A DNA stretch of 64,000 bases. It comes from Candidatus Methanosuratincola mesotaenarum. Lineage in GTDB: Archaea; Thermoproteota; Methanomethylicia; Methanomethylicales; Methanomethylicaceae. The stretch's first letter is position 1. Each line of letters starts with the position of its first letter. Made by a program: the position numbers and the translations under genes. The notes below the pieces were generated by a model. It searched no databases. It saw nothing but the letters and a program-made list of their open reading frames with translations, and was not told the origin of the DNA. This document shows positions 59,630 through 64,000 of this stretch, piece after piece. The DNA is taken from positions 3,072 through 67,071 of the forward strand of contig JAULTC010000002.1 in the NCBI GenBank assembly GCA_038801705.1, written 5' to 3'.

Positions 59630-60244
59630 TTACGTCCTGGGGTTCATATAAGACTCGCCTATTTTGAGGCCGCTTTCGAACGCAACCATGTTCTCTTCGA
59701 TTGACCTAGGTATGTATTCCCTGACGGCTTCCCTGAGATAGTCAGCGCTGAACGGCAAGATCCCGGTTCCCGCAATGACCCCTAGCATCACCACGTTGGC
59801 TGCCATTGGAATGCCTGCGCTTTGGGCTACCTCGGTCGCATCGAGTGTGATTATCCTAGACGTTGCCACCCTTATCGCCTCCAGGATCGCTTCCATCTTA
59901 GGGTAGGCTGCCTTCCCCGTGTTCACCTCAACAGGGTAGATTGGCCTTGTGCTCATCGCAACGGTGCCACCAGGTTTGAGAAAAGCAGACACTGCCCTGA
60001 GAGCCTCCATGGGCTCAAGCCCCACCACCACGTCCGCAGAGTGGGCACTCACCATTGTCCCGTAGACCTCGCCTATGCGGACATGGCTCAGTACCGGACC
60101 TCCTCTTTGGGCGATCCCGAAGACATCAGAAACCCTTACCATGAAGCCAGCCTTCACGGCTGCAGCCCCCAGCATCTGGGCACCCCTGACGTTCCCTTGC
60201 CCCCCAACTCCGGAGATCACTATCTCCAAAGACTTGATTCCCAT
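59630..60244 (-). CDS. iorB: indolepyruvate:ferredoxin oxidoreductase beta subunit
   Basis: GVGGQG, GIAQRGGPV.SHVR, LEPMEALR and ANVVMLG; start at ATG 60244 (ORF track starts at 60406). Confidence 0.93.
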   Translation of the reverse strand: MGIKSLEIVISGVGGQGNVRGAQMLGAAAVKAGFMVRVSDVFGIAQRGGPVLSHVRIGEVYGTMVSAHSADVVVGLEPMEALRAVSAFLKPGGTVAMSTRPIYPVEVNTGKAAYPKMEAILEAIRVATSRIITLDATEVAQSAGIPMAANVVMLGVIAGTGILPFSADYLREAVREYIPRSIEENMVAFESGLKIGESYMNPRT

Positions 60245-62187
60245 TAAGACCCCTCCTCCAGTACAAAAGCACCCTGCGGGCAGACCGCTGTGCAGACGCC
60301 ACAGCCCGCGCAGTCGAGGGTCACCACGAACGATTTCTTCTTCTCCCGATCGAAACCGATCGCGGGGCACCCGAATGCAGCGACACAGGTCCTGCATCCG
60401 ATGCACTTCTCCGGGTCGACCCTGTACTTAGAGATCCGGATGCCCTGCCTCCTCGCCTTCCTCAGGTACTCCTGGGCGCAGAGTCGCCGGAATATCACCA
60501 CAGCAGGACCGTTAAATTTTATAGCATCTTCCATCGCCTTGACGCTGGAATTGAAGTCGTAAGGGTCGACTATCCTGACGAAGTCGATCCCGCAGGCACC
60601 GCACAGGTTCTCTATCATCACCTTCTTGGTTGGCTTCAATGTCGCGGTCTGGCCGCAGCCAGGGTGGGGCTGGTACCCGGTCATTGCGGTGACCTCGTTG
60701 TCCAAGACCATCACCTTTACATTTGCCTGGTTGAATGTCGCATTGATCAGCGCAGGGATCCCAGCATGATAGAAGGTGGAGTCCCCTATCGTTGCTATCA
60801 CAGGATCTGCGATCCCCGCCTTTGCGATCCCGTTGGCTATCCCTATGGAGCTGCCCATGCAGAAGACATCCTGCATGAAACGAAGTGGCGGGTACATACC
60901 CAGCGTGTAGCAACCTATGTCCCCTATGGCGATGTACCTGGCATTTGCAACATTCCTTGTTGCCTTCTTTGCAGCGTAGTATGCCGCCCTGTGGGGGCAG
61001 CCTGCGCACATCGTAAGCGTCCTCGGGGTGAGAAGAGCCGAGGCGGCTTCTGTGAGCCTCAGCTTCTCGGCAGGGGGCGAGCGCCTCTCGAGCCCCAGCA
61101 GCACAGCCAAGGCATCGTCTACGAGGGAGAAGTTCAGTTCACCCTCCCGCGGCAGGTGAGAGGAAAGCTTCCCGAAGATCTTGAGTGCAGGGTTGACACG
61201 CTTTACCAACGCGTCCAGGTGGCGTTCTATGAATGGCTCTCCCTCCTCGACGACTAGGATTTTATCGAAGCCCGAGATGAAGTCCGAGACAGTCTCTTCC
61301 GGGAATGGGTTCGATAAACCAAGTTTGAGGAAGCCCACCTTATCCCTTATCCCCCTGCCAGTAAGGGAATCCAGGACGTACCCGACGGGGGCTGAGGATG
61401 CGATCACCCCTAGGTCACCGATCGGGCGCTCCGGCTTCTCGGAATTGAAGAGGCCCAGCCTAGCTGCAACACCCTCGACCCGCTTCAGCTTCTCGTGCTG
61501 TGTCCTGTGCATCTTCGGAATGACCTTGGGGCCGACGATCCCTTCCCCGAGGACAAAGTCCCTATAGTAGTCATCCGAGAATTTGGGCTGCCTCTTCTCG
61601 CGGTGAATCTCACCAAAAATGCAATCTCCCCTCGAGTGGCAGATCCTAGTCACGAGCCTCAGCATGACGGGGAGACGGATCTCCTCAGAGACCGTAAGGG
61701 CGTGACCGACATAGTCCTTGGCCTCCTGGAAGTCGGATGGCTCGATCGCAGGGATCTCTGCCAGCAGTGCCATATACCGGTTGTCCTGCTCATTCGCTGA
61801 GCTGTGACCAGACGGGTCGTCCGCAGATATTAAAATCAGCCCGGCATCGAAGCCGTGGTAGACGGCGTGCATCAATGGGTCCATTATCCAGTTCGCCCCG
61901 ATGTGCTTCATCGAGGCTAGGCTCCGCTTGCCGCAGATGGCCCCGCCTATGGCGACCTCAAAGGCTACTTTCTCGTTCGTGGACCACTGGACATGCATAC
62001 CAACATCATCGGCAACCTCTGCCAATGTCTCCACGATCTCCGATGAAGGTGTTCCCGGATAGGCGGCGGCTATCTCAACATTGTGCTCGATTGCCCCCCT
62101 TGCAACTGCCTCGTTGCCGAGGAGGAGGTGCCTCGCCCCAGGCGAATCCTTGGCTACAACATTAGGCATCATCTGCACCTGCGCCAC
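60244..62187 (-). CDS. iorA: indolepyruvate:ferredoxin oxidoreductase alpha subunit
   Basis: LLGNEAVARG, YPGTPSSEI, NEKVA, CAGCPHR, GDIGCY, GDSTFYH and a C-terminal 2x[4Fe-4S]. Confidence 0.95.
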   Translation of the reverse strand: MAQVQMMPNVVAKDSPGARHLLLGNEAVARGAIEHNVEIAAAYPGTPSSEIVETLAEVADDVGMHVQWSTNEKVAFEVAIGGAICGKRSLASMKHIGANWIMDPLMHAVYHGFDAGLILISADDPSGHSSANEQDNRYMALLAEIPAIEPSDFQEAKDYVGHALTVSEEIRLPVMLRLVTRICHSRGDCIFGEIHREKRQPKFSDDYYRDFVLGEGIVGPKVIPKMHRTQHEKLKRVEGVAARLGLFNSEKPERPIGDLGVIASSAPVGYVLDSLTGRGIRDKVGFLKLGLSNPFPEETVSDFISGFDKILVVEEGEPFIERHLDALVKRVNPALKIFGKLSSHLPREGELNFSLVDDALAVLLGLERRSPPAEKLRLTEAASALLTPRTLTMCAGCPHRAAYYAAKKATRNVANARYIAIGDIGCYTLGMYPPLRFMQDVFCMGSSIGIANGIAKAGIADPVIATIGDSTFYHAGIPALINATFNQANVKVMVLDNEVTAMTGYQPHPGCGQTATLKPTKKVMIENLCGACGIDFVRIVDPYDFNSSVKAMEDAIKFNGPAVVIFRRLCAQEYLRKARRQGIRISKYRVDPEKCIGCRTCVAAFGCPAIGFDREKKKSFVVTLDCAGCGVCTAVCPQGAFVLEEGS

Positions 62188-62346
62188 AAAACAATAGGTG
62201 ACATGCGCCCATCCTTAAAAGGTTTGGGCTTCCGGCGGGCGTCTGTTAATAGACCACTTTCAGGCGTCAGCTCTTTCCCCGCCGGCATATCCTGTACTGG
62301 CCGCACTTGCTGCAGTTCGCTCCGGGCCAAGAGCCGAACCTCTTTT

Positions 62347-62450
62347 TCAAACCTCCTTTATCTCCTCCATCAGCCCAACCTCAGGGAGAGGCAACACCCC
62401 CAGCCAGCGAGAACACCCAAGACCACTGTGTTCGCGGCTATTTCTTCCGC
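62347..62450 (-). pseudogene. frameshifted fragment resembling the IorB C-terminal region
   Basis: Minus strand reads AEEIAANTVVLGVLA, then after a 1-nt shift LGVLPLPEVGLMEEIKEV*; compare IorB MAANVVMLGVIAGTGILPFSADYLREAVRE. Confidence 0.55.
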
Positions 62451-62794
62451 CCTGCGGTTCTTTGAATAAATAAAGTATGGCATGGAGTTCCGGGATAATC
62501 TTTGGGCCCACGATGCCGCCCCCCCATCACGAATTTGCTGTAGTCACCGTAAAACTTGGGTGCATAGGAGAGGCTACGACCTTCACATTGGACTCAGTCC
62601 ATCTAGCAATGGCTTCATTACCAAGAGAAGTGTCGGGAATTTTTGCTATAACGTGGGCCACTGCGGCATCACAACATTTCCCTATAGAAAATATAGAATA
62701 GACAATTGTTGTATGGGTAGCATCAGGAAGGCACATTGATGCAATGTTCAGTGGGGAGAAGAAGCATTTTTAACGCACCCCTCCTCATCCATAG

Positions 62795-63478
62795 TTGATG
62801 GTAGCCATGTCCAAGGAAATACTCGCCAGAGGTATGGAGAGAGGGTGGCTCCTTGAGCCGGAGGCGAAAGAGCTTTGCAGGTTATATGGTCTGCCGGTCG
62901 CCGAGTGGAGGGTAGTAAAGACTAGAGATGAGGCGCAGGCAGCCGGAACCGCCCTCGGATATCCAGTTGTTATGAAAATCGTGTCACCGGATGTAATTCA
63001 CAAGTCGGATGTCGGTGGTGTAGCCCTAAACGTCGAAGAGGGTTCCCTGAAAGAGGTGTTTGAGAGGATGGAAAGGGTTGCGGAGGAGAAGGGCTTCAGC
63101 TTCGAGGGCATACTCTTGGAGAAGATGGCGCCGCCAGGCGTGGAGACGATAATAGGTGCAAAGCGCGACCCCCAGTTCGGCCCTGTCCTGATGTTCGGTC
63201 TCGGCGGCATCTTCGTCGAGGTCTTCAAGGACGTCTCTTTCAGGGTCGCCCCAATAGAGAGGCAGGATGCAGAGGAGATGGTCGCTGAGCTGAAAGCATA
63301 CCCGCTTCTGAAGGGAGTCAGGGGAAGGAGACCGTCAGATGTCGGCAGCATTGTAGAAGCGCTCCTCAGAGTGTCCAATATGGTGACTGAGCTTGAGGAG
63401 ATCAGGGAGCTTGACCTGAACCCTGTGGTCGCATACGAGAAGGGGTGCAGGATATTGGATGCAAGGGTCATACTCTGA
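62795..63478 (+). CDS. acdB: acetate/acyl-CoA ligase (ADP-forming) beta subunit, ATP-grasp
   Basis: Motifs LLEPEAK, GYPVVMKIVSPD..HKSDVGGV, DPQFGP..FGLGG.FVE and ELDLNP. Confidence 0.9.
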   Translation: MMVAMSKEILARGMERGWLLEPEAKELCRLYGLPVAEWRVVKTRDEAQAAGTALGYPVVMKIVSPDVIHKSDVGGVALNVEEGSLKEVFERMERVAEEKGFSFEGILLEKMAPPGVETIIGAKRDPQFGPVLMFGLGGIFVEVFKDVSFRVAPIERQDAEEMVAELKAYPLLKGVRGRRPSDVGSIVEALLRVSNMVTELEEIRELDLNPVVAYEKGCRILDARVIL

Positions 63479-63698
63479 GATCATCGAGGGGGGCTTCATG
63501 TAAGCTGGGCACACGCCGAGATTGATCGTGTAATTGCTTGTGCAAGCCATGTACATCTTCTTTCAGCGATTCCACAGCGCAGACCCATCATTTCCATATC
63601 ACAATAACATACGGCTCGTGCAAAGGCTGCGGGCCGATAGTGGTTTATGGCCGAAGGGGTTTATAGCCGCTCCGCCGGATACTGTATGGGGTTTTAAA

Positions 63699-64000
63699 TT
63701 GGAAAGGGATGTCATCGCTATAGGGAACATAAACATAGACCTCACTTTTTATACAAGGGAATACCCGGCAAGGGATTCGGAGACAGCGGCAGATGGATTT
63801 ATGGCTTCTCACGGGGGATCTGCTGCCAACTTTGCAGTGGGCATTTCGAGGCTTGGGGTCTCCTGTGGAATCGTCGGTTGTGTAGGCAGAGATGTCTTCG
63901 GCAGGATGGCTGTGGAGGAGTTGAAGCGCAATGGCGTTGGGACAGAGGAGATCCTTGAGTGCGAGATCGGGACAGGTGCGGTCGGCATTATAGTCGAGGG
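63699..64000 (+). CDS. PfkB/ribokinase-family kinase, N-terminal part (runs off window end)
   Basis: Manual translation from TTG 63699: MERDVIAIGNINID...HGGSAANFAVGISRLG...GCVGRDVFG. Not in the ORF track. Confidence 0.88.
   Translation, partial: MERDVIAIGNINIDLTFYTREYPARDSETAADGFMASHGGSAANFAVGISRLGVSCGIVGCVGRDVFGRMAVEELKRNGVGTEEILECEIGTGAVGIIVE

Overview
Gene-dense, compact archaeal chromosome segment (archaeal TBP, RpoP, Cdc48, ThiDN/ThiR, GatCAB, TpiA) that encodes a full methyl-coenzyme M reductase (MCR) system. The structural genes form a reduced mcrBGA operon (33877-37673). About 25 kb away, mcrD-mcrC-mmp5 is transcribed divergently from a tightly coupled mmp3-mmp6-mmp17-mmp7-(A2 paralog)-(RACo-type activase)-unknown operon. 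A third cluster (mmp15-ycaO-tfuA-atwA, mmp2, DUF2098, HAD ATPase, DUF483) flanks mcrA, and a TauT/SsuABC-type ABC transporter plus an HTH regulator lie directly upstream of mcrB. The mcrBGA order and the housekeeping context suggest a non-euryarchaeal methyl-reducing methanogen, most plausibly Methanomethylicia/Verstraetearchaeota; this is an inference from recognition, as no search was run. The rest is housekeeping and peptide/2-oxoacid fermentation (POR, IOR, ACD-beta, and a secreted papain-type protease broken by one in-frame TAA). Sequence-level oddities are perfect intragenic repeats in cdc48 (104 bp) and tbp (41 bp), a 42-32-42 bp repeat-spacer-repeat, an unannotated iorB remnant and several candidate operators. 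I saw no rRNA, tRNA, transposase, cas gene, methyltransferase (mta/mtr) or mmp10. All family calls rest on motif recognition by eye.
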